Below, in pieces: positions 11,707 to 26,017 of a stretch of DNA of 64,000 nucleotides. Position numbers and translations under genes: made by a program. The DNA comes from Lingula anatina (taxonomy: Eukaryota; Animalia; Brachiopoda), in assembly GCA_051362555.1 (NCBI GenBank), contig CM120644.1, forward strand, positions 11,926,567 through 11,990,566. Direction: 5' to 3'. Below the pieces are notes generated by a model. The model saw nothing but the letters and a program-made list of their open reading frames with translations. It did no database searches and was not told where the DNA came from. Position 1 is the first letter of the stretch, and each line of letters begins with the position of its first letter.

Positions 11707-13043
11707 GATGCCTGTCTCGGGTCAATAGCCAGTTAAGGTGTGTCACTTGTAATTATGTTTTTTGTTTCAATGGAATAACATGGACTTTGATCGTCAAAGG
11801 CGGATGATCAGTTTGATTAAGCATATCACTTGCAACCAGTTTAAAAAGCGAAGTATCCCTGCTATTGAATATGGTGGAATAGTTCACGTGTGTGAAAGTC
11901 GTCTGATCACCTAATCCAAGCAGACGTAAACCGATATCCGATTTTTATGTTTCGAATGTCATTTCGAAGCCCCAGACTGGAATCATTGCTGCAGCATCAG
12001 GCCTCATCTTCTTTGATCGACTATTTGCTACCTTTTCGAAAGCTGAATCAAAAACTAAAATTGATCTTTTTCTTTTTGTGCCGATTGATTCTCTGACAGT
12101 TCACGCTTTAGGTAGAAGACGTCCAAGCAGTCTTAATGGCAAAAATTCCACCACTCAACGATATATATCTCTATAACGTACGCCTCTGTGTTTACCCGTC
12201 TATGAAATGAATCAAACGACCTAGAAATTGAAAAAAAGGAAAATGTGGTACTGCGCCACTCTACTGTTTGAGCATTGATTGGTATTCTCGCATGCGGGCA
12301 CCGCCAGAAAAAAACGTACGAGTATGTCGCTTTCTCTGTTATATGAGTAATCAGTAAGGAAAACCAATTATTGTAACATCTTATGTTTAAATACTCTTCA
12401 GTTTTCCACATTTCTTCATTAATGGCAATGGAAGATTCTAAGTGCTTACTTTTCTCTGCGATGCAATTCCACCCTTATTACTAACGTCCAATAAGCTACA
12501 TCATTTATATAGATGGCGCTGGCTTCGGGCAACGTGGGAACATCCTTGTGAACCTGTGAAAAAAAAATGAAGAGTTAATGAATTGCAATGTTTTAGATGA
12601 TACGTTTCCCACACACATTTGCAGTAGTGTCATGTTCAATCGATTGTTTTATTGATTCAATTGATCTTGCTACAGTTTTATACTTTCTCTTTACACCCTT
12701 CTCTCTCTCTCTCTCTCTCCAGATAATTTCCTCGAGCTCTGTCAGCCAACCATTATTAAGTCTGATGGAAAGTTGACTTCTGCTTTTATTAGATCGCAAT
12801 TACATTCCACTGTTCTACCGCAAATTAGCTAACTGAAAAACACGAGGTAATTTTTGCAAATGCAGCTTCTCAACCCATTCTATGTGTCGTTACCTAGCTG
12901 GCACTGTAATTTTAAGATGAAGGTTAGTCGAAACTTTATTTCATTTACGTAGATACACTGTACCAGTATATCCGTGACCTGATTCATACTTTTACATGCA
13001 TTGATTTTATACTAGTTCTTACATGAAAGGGTTTCTCCCCTGT

Positions 13044-13190
13044 TACACCGGGCTTGCGACCGCTTACGGAACGAATTTTAGTCCATTCTCACAAATATGT
13101 GGCCAAAGATAAGATAATTGTCAAAGTTTCAACTCTGAAGGGAGATTTGGGTAACTATGCGTTCTCCAAGGAGCCGCAAGCCCCGGTGTA
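13044..13190. mobile_element. Short palindromic element (MITE-like)
   Basis: Imperfect TIRs TACACCGGGCTTGCG ... CGCAAGCCCCGGTGTA. Confidence 0.55.
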
Positions 13191-13328
13191 GAACTTGGAC
13201 ATATTCGTTATTATGTCCAAGTGTAGAAGGAACTTGAGTGGAATCAGTGACCTTCACCTGTGTTGCCTTAAAATCACAGGGGCAGAGAGCAGCCACATGC
13301 CGGAACACTGGACCTCAGGACATATGCC

Positions 13329-13658
13329 AGTAGAAGGGGGTGGGGGTGGGTGCGGGTAGGTCGAAACAAACGCTCTTTCGGTTGGAAGAGTAGCACTCTG
13401 AATCAAATTGCATCTGTAATCCATGTTTTATACATGTGATTCCTCTAGTTGTGTTAAAAAAGAAGTCAATATAATACGAAGCGAAAGAGGGCGGTTTTGG
13501 GGTGGGGGGGGGTTGGAGGGGGTCGAAAGCACCACTCTTTCGGCCGGAAGAGTACCACTCTGAATTAAAATGTATCTTTAATTCATGTTTTATACATGCA
13601 TTTCCTCGAGTGGGTTAAAAAAAGGGAGGTAAATATAACACAAAACGCATGAGGGCAG
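13329..13658. repeat. Diverged tandem duplication, about 162 bp x2
   Basis: A G-run followed by GGTCGAAA...CTCTTTCGG..GGAAGAGTA.CACTCTGAAT.AAA...CATGTTTTATACATG starts at 13359 and 13521. Confidence 0.85.
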
Positions 13659-14454
13659 CGAATATCAAAGACAAGAGACGCAAGTGTAATATCTATCTCA
13701 ATATCTATCTCAACACGCAATGAATGAAAGCTATGCGGCTGTGGTTAAATCGGTTCCCACAGTCGTTGGCTTATTGTACAGCTGAATCATGCCTGCCATA
13801 TATCTTATGTCTTATTCATGATCTGACTACCAAGGGGACACTCGTCATGGTGTGATGATTCTTTAATGCTGTGATTTCATAAAAGAAAAGAAATACCATG
13901 AAGAAAGACAAGTCAATGGCAAGAAGACAGTTTGTATAGTGAAAAATATTTTGAAACTTGATTGCCCGCAAAAGAACATGCATAAATATTAACAAGAAAA
14001 CTCTTGGCTATGGATACGAGTCAATTAGAATGTTCATATTCCTATGTGCATTTTAAATGAATTAAACTCCCTTATTCGAAATCTCTGCGTAAATTTTGAA
14101 TACAGAAGAAACATCAACAACATTATTTTTCAGTCGTGCAGAGATCTGTACTTACTGACACATATTCTATTTGACGCTTTCCTTTGTGGAAATAAAGGCT
14201 TTTCATTCTAATGCTTCCTATACAGGAAAAAAAACTAAGTCCGCTCCCGAGGATAAAGTTAAATTCACTTACTAAACTTAGGCATGAAGTGATGAACTAG
14301 AATCCGTAAAAAGTAAGCTGACATTCTCAAAGAGCTCTCTAAGCTCTCTATTCGTTTCTTTTTTTATGCTTTGCTCTCTGTAAATGTTATAGAAAATCTA
14401 GAGTTCAAACATTTCCCTGTCGTTCAAAGGAATTCTACCATGAACCTACATTTA

Positions 14455-14664
14455 AGGTTTCAGTACAAAGCTTCGGCGCCTCCAAACGTGGCGTGTATCA
14501 GTACACACTTTGAAGTATCAGATGTGGCACCCTCTTGCCTGGCACGCGTGCCGCGTCTGATACTTCGAAGTGCGTACTGAAACACACCTTGAAAACCGGT
14601 AGCGTGATCCGATCTACGGTGAAATCTGGATCTTCCCGTACCGCGTCTGGTAGTTGGTAGGCCT
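14455..14664. mobile_element. Partial copy (right arm) of long-TIR element family B
   Basis: GCGTACTGA..CACACCTTGAAAAC..GTAG..TG.TCCGATCTAC...TCTGGTAGTTGGTAGGCCT matches 23498-23593. Confidence 0.8.
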
Positions 14665-16913
14665 GATATAACAGCAAATATGAATATTTCATTGTAATAG
14701 TAAACCTTCGACAATGCAATGTGAGGTCAGTCAAGTCAGAAAAAAAGACTGTAACAATCTCTGAATTGTTGCTTTTTTGCCCTCGTTTGTTGATACTAGG
14801 TCCTTATATATTGCTACTTCTTTATTGCTAAAGCTAATGTACACAGCTGGTATAATGGGAGTTTGTGTTCTCTTCTGACATTATTTGAAAACCAATGAAA
14901 AAATGTATAAAGTTTTAAAGACACTATGTCCGTTGCTGCTGTTTCAAGCCCAATATCTTTAAAAACTGATTTTTCTAAACTATGCTTAAGTAAATCAAAG
15001 AGTATTCAAACTAACAACGGTGTTTTACTTTTTATACGATTTCAACGGATTTTTTTTACCTTTCAAAAGTATCAGTTTACATCAAGTTACGACCATTACA
15101 TGTATATTTTAACGAACGTGTCGAAGGAATCAAGATGGGAGATATTAATGGATGTCATGCATTTACAGTATATACAGAGAGGCGAGTACAAAAAACACAT
15201 AGGTGTTACAACAATAGTATCATCTATAGTACTTTCCACTACTTCTCGGACTTATCTTTGTCGTAAAAAACAGGTTTGATAAAATATCTTCTATAATAAC
15301 CACGTGACACTAAATCAAAATTCAAGATATTCATAGCACACTCTCTTAATGAAATTCAACTCATTGTAGGGTTTCATAAAAAAATTCACGATTAAAAAGT
15401 ATGATTTTTAAGTGCAGATAACCCTAGTACATAGTACAATATGGTGTTTTCTGATGCATGGCCAAATGCGTTTTTTAACTGATTCAATTCTACACCGCAA
15501 GAACTAAAATCGATGTCTTCGAAATCGTGTTCTTCACATGAATGACTTCGATTAACTTATGTTATTTATCTATTTGTGTTTCATCATAAATCCAAGAACA
15601 CACTGTGACAATATTCAAATCAAGAGATGCAAATTAAGTAACAAGAAAAAAATCACTATTCCTGCCTTTTAGTGGCATCAAAAAAGACAATATCAAGATA
15701 TCCAAAATTGTGTACAAGTCATGGTGATTGACACAAATAATGATCGAACTGAAATTACAAAACCAATCGAATCACTGAAAGCTCGAACAAAATCAACGTT
15801 TCATTTAATTAACAATAAACAGACGACATGCAAACTTACCTTCTAGCAAGGGCACAAAACAAGCTGGCGCCGCATGAGGTAAGAGTTGCGTCTCCTAGCA
15901 AAGAAAATGTCAGTTAATGTCAGAAAAGTCTGCTTACGAATCTTTTATGTAATGTAGCATCACCGCAGACCACTGTAAAATCGATGTGCAATATTCGCAA
16001 GATTCACAGTAACTATCCATAACAGAGATAAATGGAATCATCCGAGGCGACCCAAGGTCTCGCGTTTTAAAGCAAAAGCAAGTGAGATTTTGCGAGATTT
16101 GGAAGAGAATGTGGTCAGAAACAACAGCTAGATCTACTACGGCGAGGCAACAAATATAAGCTATCAGAATTTATCTAGGTTTTTTTGTTATTATTATTAT
16201 TTATTTTAATTTTTTTTTTTTTTTTTTTTTTGGGGGGGGGGGTAATCATGTTCTAACGAATGACAGTCTTTTGCACTATACCGATAGTGTAAATCTAACA
16301 TGTGCTGCTTGTTCCTTTGCTTCTTTTTCTACAAAGATTTTTTTAAATTCTACGAAGATACTCGCGGCGCATATACAGTTGCACAATTATCGCCAGAAAA
16401 AATTAACCCGACCTCTGGCGGAATCTTGCAGGGTTTTTTTTTTTTTTTTTAGTTTCGAGCGAGGTCATGCGCCGCTGCCTACATCGTTTAAGACTACTGG
16501 TATATCGGGTGATTTTAATTAAAAACCTACAGGCTCCCTGTGAATGGAGAATAATTTTGTCTAATTCATGTGTATATAATGAAGAAGGCGTGGAGAACTT
16601 TATGTCTGGTATATGTAATCAGCATTTTATATCTAGAAATTTTATTGAGAAGGAGGAGGACAGGAATTCTAAGTTTAGAACATGAAATGAAAAGGAGTTG
16701 AAGAATTTTGTATTCAGGATTTTCCTCCTCGTTAAATACAGACGTTTATAATTAGCTCAAATGCCAAGTGTACACATGTTGTATTGCATTCATTCAGTGT
16801 TTTTTTTTCTGTGGCACTGCTTAAAAATAGAAACATCGAGGTTATTTAATTATTGAAGCATATAATATAAACTGTGATCATACACGATAGTAAAGGTTTG
16901 AACGATAATCAAG

Positions 16914-17084
16914 CCTGTGTGGAAGGTATGGTAGTCCGCTGGGAACCGTAGTCCGTCTCCCATTACTTTGTACAGGTGGCATTCGCGCCATATACTAACC
17001 CCAATACTCCAACTAACCCTAACCTGTACTTATCATATGGGGTCCTGGACTCCATTCCTAGGACTACCATTCCTTTCACATCGG
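16914..17084. mobile_element. MITE family C (short TIRs, internal CTAACCCTAACC)
   Basis: TIRs CCTGTGTGGAAGGTATGGTAGTCC / GGACTACCATTCCTTTCACATCGG. Internal sequence is homologous to 25478-25640. Confidence 0.7.
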
Positions 17085-17445
17085 GTTTTTCAACCGTTCA
17101 CGCCATTCGAGATCCACAAATGCTGCTTCACACAGTAAATTGACTTATTAAACTGGTAAAATTACTGTAGCTAACATTTTATACATTTAATTTGCTAAAA
17201 TAATTCCCTATGCAAGATAGGGTCACCTCTCATTGGCTGTGAAATGTTTCTCTGCCACGCCAGCGGGCCTGTAGTACACACTCTATAGCCCTGTCAGCTC
17301 AAGACATAAATTAATCTGATTACCCGGCGGATTCTTTTAATTTGAGAACGTAACCACAAATTACGCAATAAGTCAAGCCAGAAAAAAACTTGAATGCAAA
17401 CTTCCCCTTAATGACATATCACTTGGTATGTTCGTCTGAATGTTA

Positions 17446-17659
17446 GGGCGCATTCCCATAGGTTTTAGATCGATCTACCCCCGTGGGGAGTCTCACTAGA
17501 TTACTGTCAGATAATCCGGCTTAAATGTCCGTCCCGCCTACTACAAGCTGTAAGGGGGTAATTAACTTTCGTGCCCGCTCGGCTGACAGCTACTTAGCAT
17601 GAACCCCCAGGGAGTTAGGTCGATCTAGTTGGATCGATCTAATCTCTGAGAATGGGGTC
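17446..17659. mobile_element. MITE family A copy
   Basis: TTA|GGGCGCATTCCC ... GAGAATGGGGTC|TTA. Confidence 0.9.
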
Positions 17660-18515
17660 TTAGGGTCAAGGTTATTGTTGATTAAGCAGACAGATAAACG
17701 ACCAGCTATTTGTCACAAACCACTGATGATACGATATTGAAACCCTCGATCTTTACCTGTCTGTCTGAAACTTTGAAAAATAGCATAGTTCGACTTGTTT
17801 TCGATAATATGATACACAGTCACTGAAATGCACTTTAGTGCTTTCTTGCCGTTTAGAGTACAGACCGTTGCTTTGAAAAAGACAGTCAGAAAATGACTTT
17901 GATTTTTTTTCTTTGCGACAGATCTCAATGGGGTTTTATTCGTAGAACAGTGGCAGAGAGACAACCTCCAGTGCATAATCTCAGGCAGTTCCTGCGAGAA
18001 ATAACTGACTAGTGGAACAGGCTCCCAATGCAAGCGAAATGGAATCTGGTGACGATGCAATAATCTATAACGATAAAAATATATTTACTTTCAATCTGAA
18101 ATTCAATTATAATGTTCAGTAGACTTTACATAAAACAAATATTTAAGAACACAATTATCAAGATATATAAAACTAAAAAATTATTGTAAACATATTGAGA
18201 TTCAAGATAAAAACAGCCTCGTCCTCGCATAAAACCAAGTACAAGTACAAGTAAGATAATCAATAATACAATTTCTTGAAAAGACATGATTATAACTCAT
18301 ACTTAAAGATATCATTTGACTCAATTGAGCGAATATTAATTGATAGCACATTTCCTTAACGCTAAATATCACTATCCAGTGGCAAAAAAATGTTATGCTT
18401 TACTCGACAAGAAATGAAAAGACTGGAGTGTTTTATCAACATTGGATACTGCTATCTGTGTAGTAAATCAGACAATCCATCGAATTAGACTATCGAGTGT
18501 GAGAAGGGAAAATAA

Positions 18516-18763
18516 GAGCTCTTTCCCAATGAAACTATCGTTCTATGTAGATCGTTCCAATCCGCGGGGACTCCCGTTGAATACAATCAGATCAACAGAT
18601 TAATTCGCCTCCTCCTGGCGGTGAGTAGAAAACAGAAAAGCTCGTGAACAGAAGAGCACGTTGGAAAGTAGAGGAGGCGTGCTAATCTATTAAACTGATT
18701 GCATTCAGCGAGAGTCCCCGGTGAGTTGGTTCGCTCTACGCTCGTCTCATTGGGAATGAGCCC
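18516..18763. mobile_element. MITE, family A-related subfamily
   Basis: TAA|GAGCTCTTTCCCAATGA ... TCATTGGGAATGAGCCC|TAA. The internal CGGGGACTC motif is shared with the outer element at 1902-2325. Confidence 0.75.
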
Positions 18764-18880
18764 TAAATCTGCTGTTTTGCTGATACAATGTAACAGCGAT
18801 CAATGCAATATGCCAAGCTTGACATTAAATCATGTTATTTCGCCGAAACAGGCTGTTAAAGTACAAGAAGGCAATTAAGT

Positions 18881-19056
18881 CAGGGGCGGATTTAGGCCGC
18901 CTTCTAGGTCTTCCGGAAGACGGTCGGATTTTCAAGTTTACATTGACAAGTACTCAGTATCTAATTTTTTTCTGTCGGAAGACGGTCAAAAATGGAGGAT
19001 GGATCAATAAAGATAATTCGGAAGCCTGACAGAAATTATCTCTGGATCCGCCCCTG
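18881..19056. mobile_element. Short non-autonomous DNA element with CAGGGGCGGAT TIRs
   Basis: CAGGGGCGGATTTAG ... CTGGATCCGCCCCTG, with internal repeated CGGAAGACGGTC. Confidence 0.7.
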
Positions 19057-22000
19057 TTAAGCATAGGCAATTTTTAAAGATACAGATTAATAAATACTAA
19101 ATTGAATTATACAAGTGCTGAACTATATAACAGAATGAGAAAAAAACAGAAACATGAACGTTACTGATAGCAATTGACTTTTTAGTACGAAAAATTAACA
19201 GTACGAAAAATTAACTTATCAACTGAGGATGAATATTGGACCGATTTTTTTTGTCCGTCATGCGCTATTATTTTTGTTCTTCCAACTTATCTTTGACAGA
19301 AAATGCATCTTGGAGATTGGTAATAAGGATGAAGGCTGGAAAAAACTTTAATATTACACTCCTCCAAAGGGAAAAGGCCTTAGAAATGAGCATCTGCCTA
19401 TAGGGTTCGCCATGTTCTGATATGGAAAAAGTAAAAAGTAAAATCACGGATTAGATGTGTTTTTAGTTTTTTATTCTTTTTTTAATAGTTTAACTATTGT
19501 TGTTATTGTAATTTTTCTTTCTTTCTTTCTTTCTTTTCTTTCTTTCTTTCTTTCTTTTTATATTTCTTTTTATTTATTTTTTGTTGTAGGTGCCCGAAGA
19601 AGACATATAACATTATATTCAACTTGCACTTTAAGAAAGCAGGACACGTCCACAGTAAAGAAATGGCAGGGAGAAATATACCGTACAATATCCTGTCGAC
19701 AACGATTGACATGAGATGTTATCCGATACAGGAACAAAAGAAGACGTCAATTATAATGAAGTCAAAGACTACGGAAAATAGTGGTTATTTGATTTGATTA
19801 TCGGCATGAATTGTGCAACGAAAGCTTGTTGTAACAGATTATGAAAAAAAAACGTGCAAACGCAGTAGGAAAACTGTTGTGAGAGGTCACGCAGACGGCT
19901 GTTGCAGTATACACGAAGGCCTACGGTTGAATTTTATTGGGGACTACTAATTTCTATAAAATATTATCATATTATCTTAAGGTAATAAATAGGCCAAAGA
20001 AAGCGTTTTTCTTCACGCTATATTCAATGTTTGTTATTATCAAAGATTCTTAAAACAAATCGAAATTATGATATGTCTGCGCCAATTTTTTTATTCTACG
20101 CGTTTCATATTCTCATTTATAAAATTACATAGCCTCGTTATCAATATTTCAGAACTAACTGTCAAAATCAAGACGGTAAGTTTAAAAACATTATATCGGG
20201 TAATTGGCGGCTAAACAAAATGTTTTCAATGGACCTTTTCTGTATTTTACATTTTTACCAGTTATAACCGACTTTGCAGCCGAAAGTCTTTTTTTCCTGA
20301 GTGAAGGGGGGGTGCACTCTGGTTGGAGAGTACCTGTCACTCAACAAACATTGCAACGTTTTGCAGATCACGCGTTTACTTGCTTTCCCTTACTTACGTT
20401 CCCTGCTGAAAATACAATCGTTATGACGGTGGTTTTGAAAATCTCATCAGAAATATGACAGATTCAGATAAGCAGAAAGAGTATTTGGAAGAAAAGATGT
20501 ATTTTTATCTATTCATCTAACCACAAGTCCGTTAAATTTCCTGTAGCTGGGAATCAGCGTGGCAATAACAAAGTGTGAATAAGAAAATTTCCAAGAAATG
20601 AGGTTGTTTGTTTTTTCTTGCTAACACTACAACTTAACCTGTTTTCTTCAAGTAAGTAAAAAGAAAGAAACACACATGAATACTGCTGTCCAAAAACACT
20701 GTTAAACCTTCGGGTGTTTCCAATTTATATATCTATCTTTCCTATCTATTACAGGGTATACGGATTTTATTTACACGTGTCAATTTCATAAAGAACAGCA
20801 TAGAATATTGTTTTAACTTAGATTTTTCAATACGAAATGTATTGCTGCATATACGAATATTGATGTTAAGTGTTAAACCTAAATTCAGAGCTTTCTCAGG
20901 TGCACTACCAGAATTGTTGGAAGATTTTTGGGTAGCGGTTATCATTAGCGTCCGGCCTTTCGTGAAAAGGATGGATGAAAAAGTTATACAATAAAAATAA
21001 TAAGTAAGCAAGAAGCGATTCCCGGAGTTAAATAAAATAAGCTGATTGGATTTATGTCGTTCATCACCTTTAAAGGAACTTGAGGGGTGGAATAAACGTA
21101 AAATTTGTGACGTAGGGGTTGGAGTTTGTCTATCGTTTTGGTGTGGTGGTCAAAAAGGTATAAAAAGGGACTGTCCGCTCTTTAGGGTCACTCACTTATT
21201 CACTGACGTAAATGGCACTTCCAGGCAGATTCACAGAGGAATCCTTTAGGAGTTTGGAACAATGTTAACAAAATAAAGTCACTTTAGAATGCAGAAATTA
21301 GACTTGTTCTTAACACTCTCAACATGTCAGTAGTCAAAATCAACCGCAATATAAAAACTCCGTTGATACAATGTATACTGTATGATCTATAGTGTCTGTA
21401 GTGCAAGACAAAGTATAAAGAACCCAAGACCGACACTTGATCACGGCTGACACAGGCTATGATCATGGAAGCGGCAGCCATTGTGTTCTTTTGCTGTGCA
21501 GATGGCCCTGGATATGTGGCGTTTCCCCGTGATCGATCAATCTGCGATAGAAATGACAGTCGCTCTTTGCAGGTACGCTGGGACCAAATGACACACATCG
21601 TCTGAAACCCACGGCTAATGGGCTTAATGGTGAAGCGTTGTGCTCAGTCTCCTTGCAATAAAGACACAAAAAGGAGACTAATGAAAACTCTGATTGTTGT
21701 CATAGCGGTGTAGTCTCCTGTTGCTGCTCCTTACTACGGTAAATGCTTGCTCCAATCGGAGCAAACATTTCTCCCTTAACATTTTTCTAGTTACTAAGCA
21801 GTGCATTTGAGCGATGATTTCAAGGTTTCCAAAAGCGCGGACTATTTCAGTTTTTGTGAGTAACGAAAATGAATATATAAATATATAGATTAAAATATAT
21901 TTAGATAAAATTATAAACCATAAGATACAGAAACACTGGAATGAGTGAAGTGTTTGAATTTGGTGAGTAATCACCGTACGCTATTTTTTCCACGTTGACA

Positions 22001-22532
22001 GATCGTAATTGGAGAATGGCCTGAGAGAATGAATGAACGAATAATAATATCTTTGATCTTCTTCAAGGTTGACAATATTAAGACAGCTATTATTTTTCTC
22101 TTCAATTATCAAGTGAGTATTACGTTAATGACTTGGTTTGCTGTTCAAAACTGATAAAATCACAGATTATTATGATTTTATATAATCTGGTGAGGACTTG
22201 GAGAACTTGCAATAAAGATTTAAGGATATAAATATTTTTTTCATTTTTCAATAAGAATTAAGGACCAGATATAAATCTTAAATTGGACGTCGACGTAGCC
22301 TAAAGACACCTTTTTAGTCAGTCCATATGAACCCGAAGCCCCATCCCCATCAGGGCTACTAGCCAGCTCAGTTCTATTAAATTTCAAAATTTCATTTCCA
22401 AATGTTGGATGTCATAACAACGTTTTCTACATTTTTTGTATTTGTTGTATATTTGTGAAAGTTAACGTTTACAGACCCTCCCCCCCCCCCCCCCACACAC
22501 ACACACAAAGAGTTGGCACAAGTGATATTTTA

Positions 22533-22573
<41 letters not shown>

Positions 22574-23048
22574 CGTGTATAGACCCCAATACAGTAAATA
22601 TATATCAACACAAGTGTGGAGTGATTTTCATCACTAGTAAAATATAGGAATCTGCCTCTGTATTCGACCTTCTGCGTTCCGCTTGATTTGTCTTACTTTT
22701 TACATGTAAAAGTGTGATACGTTTTTAGAAACCAAATACTGGAGTACAACGTGATTATGGGATTTCACTGATCCACGTGATTGGTGTGAATTTTTAAAGC
22801 GTGATGTGTGATTTACCCTCCCAAATCTGAGTGATTCTTGGGACTATAGCATTCGAGTTATAGTAATTTTGGTCAAGGACTAATTGCTTTCAATTCTTGC
22901 TGATTGAGTTGTTTTAATATTGGCGATTGGTAAACCAAGAGGGTATTCCCCACCTCTTCCCTGGATGAAGTACACCTACTGAGACGCGAGTGTGAGATAG
23001 ACGACTGAAAACGCAGCTCTGTCTCTTAGCATTTCGGTAACTACATGT

Positions 23049-23593
23049 AGGCCTACCCTACCACCATACTCGACACCGAATGATCCCGAATTTACCGGTA
23101 GATCGGACCACACTACCCGTTTTCAAGGTGTGTGTCAGTACGTATTTCACAGTATCATACCTCGGAGTAAATTTTGAGATGATATGCACTACTTTCCAAC
23201 CCCGCTCAGAATAGTCGCTATCACATCGCGTACTAGGCAAGAGCGGTGTCGCGTCTAAGGGTGCTTTCCCAGAGATTTAGATCGATCTAAAGATTAAGTT
23301 TTAGATCGACCTAACTCCCTGGGGGTTCACGCTAAATTGCAGTCAGCCGAGCGGGCACCATAGTTAATTATCCCCTGACAGCTTTTAGTAGGCGGGACAA
23401 ACGCCTAAGCTGGCCAAGCTGACAGTAATCTAGTGAGACTCCCCACAGGGATAGATCGATCTAAAAATCTATGGAAATGGGGTGTAATACTTCCAAGAGC
23501 GTACTGACGCACACCTTGAAAACTAGTAGTATGGTCCGATCTACTGGTGAATTCAGGATCGTTCGCTGCCGAGTCTGGTAGTTGGGTAGGCCT
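23049..23593. mobile_element. Long-TIR (about 100 bp) element family B carrying a nested family A MITE
   Basis: AGGCCTACCC...GTAGATCGGACCACACTAC..GTTTTCAAGGTGTGTGTCAGTACG is mirrored at about 23500-23593. Confidence 0.8.
23259..23484. mobile_element. MITE family A copy nested in family B
   Basis: TAA|GGGTGCTTTCCC ... GGAAATGGGGTG|TAA. The uninterrupted site is visible in the family B copy at about 14552-14580. Confidence 0.9.
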
Positions 23594-23687
23594 GAACATT
23601 GCTTATAGAAGCAACTGTTATTAAGAACTAGAAATCAAACGTGGGTGGAGCTTTCTTTCTTTAATGCATTTTTTTTTCAGAGACTAG

Positions 23688-23902
23688 CACCCCATTTCCA
23701 TAGATTAGATCGACCTACTTTAGATCGACCTAACTCCCTGGGGGTTCACGCTAAATAGCTGTCAGCCGGGCGGACACGAAAGTTAATTACCCTCTTACAG
23801 CTTGTAGTAGGCGGGACGGACATTTAAGTCGGATTATCTGAAAGTAATCTAGTGAGACTCCCCGCGGGGATAGATCGATCTAAAATCTATGGGAATAGAG
23901 CC
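23688..23902. mobile_element. MITE family A copy
   Basis: TAG|CACCCCATTTCC ... GGGAATAGAGCC|TAT. Same orientation as 23259-23484. Confidence 0.9.
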
Positions 23903-25477
23903 TATGTATCTTTCCAAGTAACGTTATGCATAAGATAAACTCGTGTCTTAAAACAACTGTACTATCGTAAATGGCGCAATTGACGTCATCTGACATTTAA
24001 ATATTTTTTGTATGTGAAATAAGGATTCACTATGCTGCAAGTAAAGTTGCATAACATTCATGTAATTACTCATCAGGTTTGTGACAGAGTAGGTATTGGG
24101 CTCCTGCGAGGAATGATACTTAAGATTTGGGAAATTTCAATATCCTGTTGTTAGATAACGTGATTTATATGGTGAAAGACAACACAAAATAAATTAATCC
24201 TTTTTGAAGTTTCCGTCACTGCCACGTCTTATTTTGAACCAGGCTTTGCGTCCCTGACACATTACTAGTAGGCCTACCTGATTGAACAGTTGATTTGAAG
24301 GTCAGTTGAAGGTCGTTTTAGGTGTGCATGTGTAGGTAACTCTGCAATTGCCGTGACTGCTGAAGAATATACATTTCTGTATTCATCTTTTTTCTTTCAC
24401 GATGGAAGTTGACAACTTAATTAAATTAAAATTCGGGACTAAACATTTGTATAAAATGTGCAAATTCTATCAATTATTTATCATATTTTGAAAATCTTGA
24501 AAATTGAACACCGCTGTAAATGATTAAAGCCTGAGGCAGAAGTCCAACCTAGAGAGCAGCAATAATAACGGAAATTTGGGGGGGGGGGAGTATACAGATA
24601 TAATACTTGGATTGATCCCGCTTTTCCTCGTGTAAATTATTTGCTTGTTCTTTTGGCAGACGAGCCACAGCCTGTCCTCTTTTCATAAACTAAAGCGGGG
24701 ATTCGGGTCCCTTGTTTCTCAAAGGGAAGAAAATCTGCATTATGTTTATAGAATTACGTCAGAATTTCCCAAAAGAAGCATTTCTTTTAAATAAAGGGAA
24801 GCGTTTTTTTAAGGCCTGTATCCGCAAATGGTAAAAACTCCGGAAAACAAAAATTGATTTTGCTTGTCGTTGGTCATGTTGTCCCTCGATCTCAAAGCTC
24901 ATTGTGCTCGGCGCTTTATCCAGGGACACAAAAATGGAAAATAATCATTTGCAACCAAACTGCTATGATGGTGCCTGGAGTTTTTTTTTAAGCTTTCGAG
25001 TCGCAACCTGGAAAGGCTGAGTTACTTATCAGTTTTTTTTATCTCGTCTCCAAGACTTTTTAAATTTTCGTCTCCGATATTGATTTATTATTAACAACTC
25101 GCTATTATCAATATCCCTGAGCAACAAATGATATGAGATAAAATAAAATGTGATAAAATGAAATGAAATAATATTAGTTAAAATGAAATTCAATGAAATA
25201 TAAGAGATATTATACACAAAAATGAAAGACAGTTAAAAAAGAAAAGGCAAAAATGTTCTCGTCTCACTCTCTTCCTGTTATTTATCACAGAGTAGTAGGT
25301 CTCACACTGCTTTCAGCTAAAACGAACCAGAGGCGGCGTGGGTGACGACAGGAATTCTAATTGTAATCAAGTCGGTGTCAGAGAACAATACTCCAAACAC
25401 TGACGTGTGGATATAGAATCAATTGCAAGGTTTTGATTAACTTTTGATTAAATTGATGCTTTACCATACAGGAAATG

Positions 25478-25640
25478 CTGGTGTGACAGGAATAGAAGTC
25501 CGCTAGGAATCCGTTTTCCATTACTTCTTATACCTGTAGGTGACATTCGTCCCGTATACATGTACTAAACCCAACACCCCAACTAACCATAACCTGTGCT
25601 AATCATATGGGACTCCAGACTTCCATTCCTGTCACACCGG
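25478..25640. mobile_element. MITE family C copy
   Basis: TIRs CTGGTGTGACAGGAATAGAAGTC / GACTTCCATTCCTGTCACACCGG; homologous to 16914-17084. Confidence 0.75.
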
Positions 25641-25865
25641 CTTGGGGAACCAGGGGATCCGCATAGCCGAGACTCTCCCCTCCTTTACGTTCATACAGGT
25701 TAGGGTAGCTAGATGTAAGTGGGTCAAAATGTAGGACGGAGCTCAACTGTTCAAATTACTCAAAACCAGGCCCACCTTGCATTGACCATACTCGGTCTAT
25801 TTCATTTTAACTTTAAAAAGTGTGCATAAATATATGTACGAAAAACTAGCTTGCTTTATATGAAG

Positions 25866-26017
25866 ATCGGCAGACAGTGCATATCATGCTATACTATGAT
25901 CCAATACAATGTAATGGAAGCTATCGTGAAACGGCGTGAAAACTATTATCGGCACACAGTGCATATCATGCTATACTATGATTCAATCCAATGTAATTGA
26001 AGCTACCGTGAAACTAT
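25866..26017. repeat. Tandem duplication, period 82 bp, x2
   Basis: ATCGGCA.ACAGTGCATATCATGCTATACTATGAT.CAAT.CAATGTAAT.GAAGCTA.CGTGAAAC at 25866 and 25948. Confidence 0.9.

Larger units (their letters stand above)
12554..15839 (-). other. Probable 5'-UTR intron of the GPCR gene
   Basis: Strong minus-strand donor AAG|gtaagttt at 15840/15839 and strong acceptor tttttttttcacag|G at 12554/12553, upstream of the CDS. No transcript evidence. Confidence 0.5.

Noticed and set aside
17005-17025. Interstitial telomeric repeat CTAACCCTAACC
   Set aside because: Only about two units are present, and they are an internal part of MITE family C.
21459-21580. Possible + strand first exon (MIMEAAAIVFFCC...SLQ|gtacgc)
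   Set aside because: I found no partner exons or homology. It may be a regulatory CpG-rich patch.
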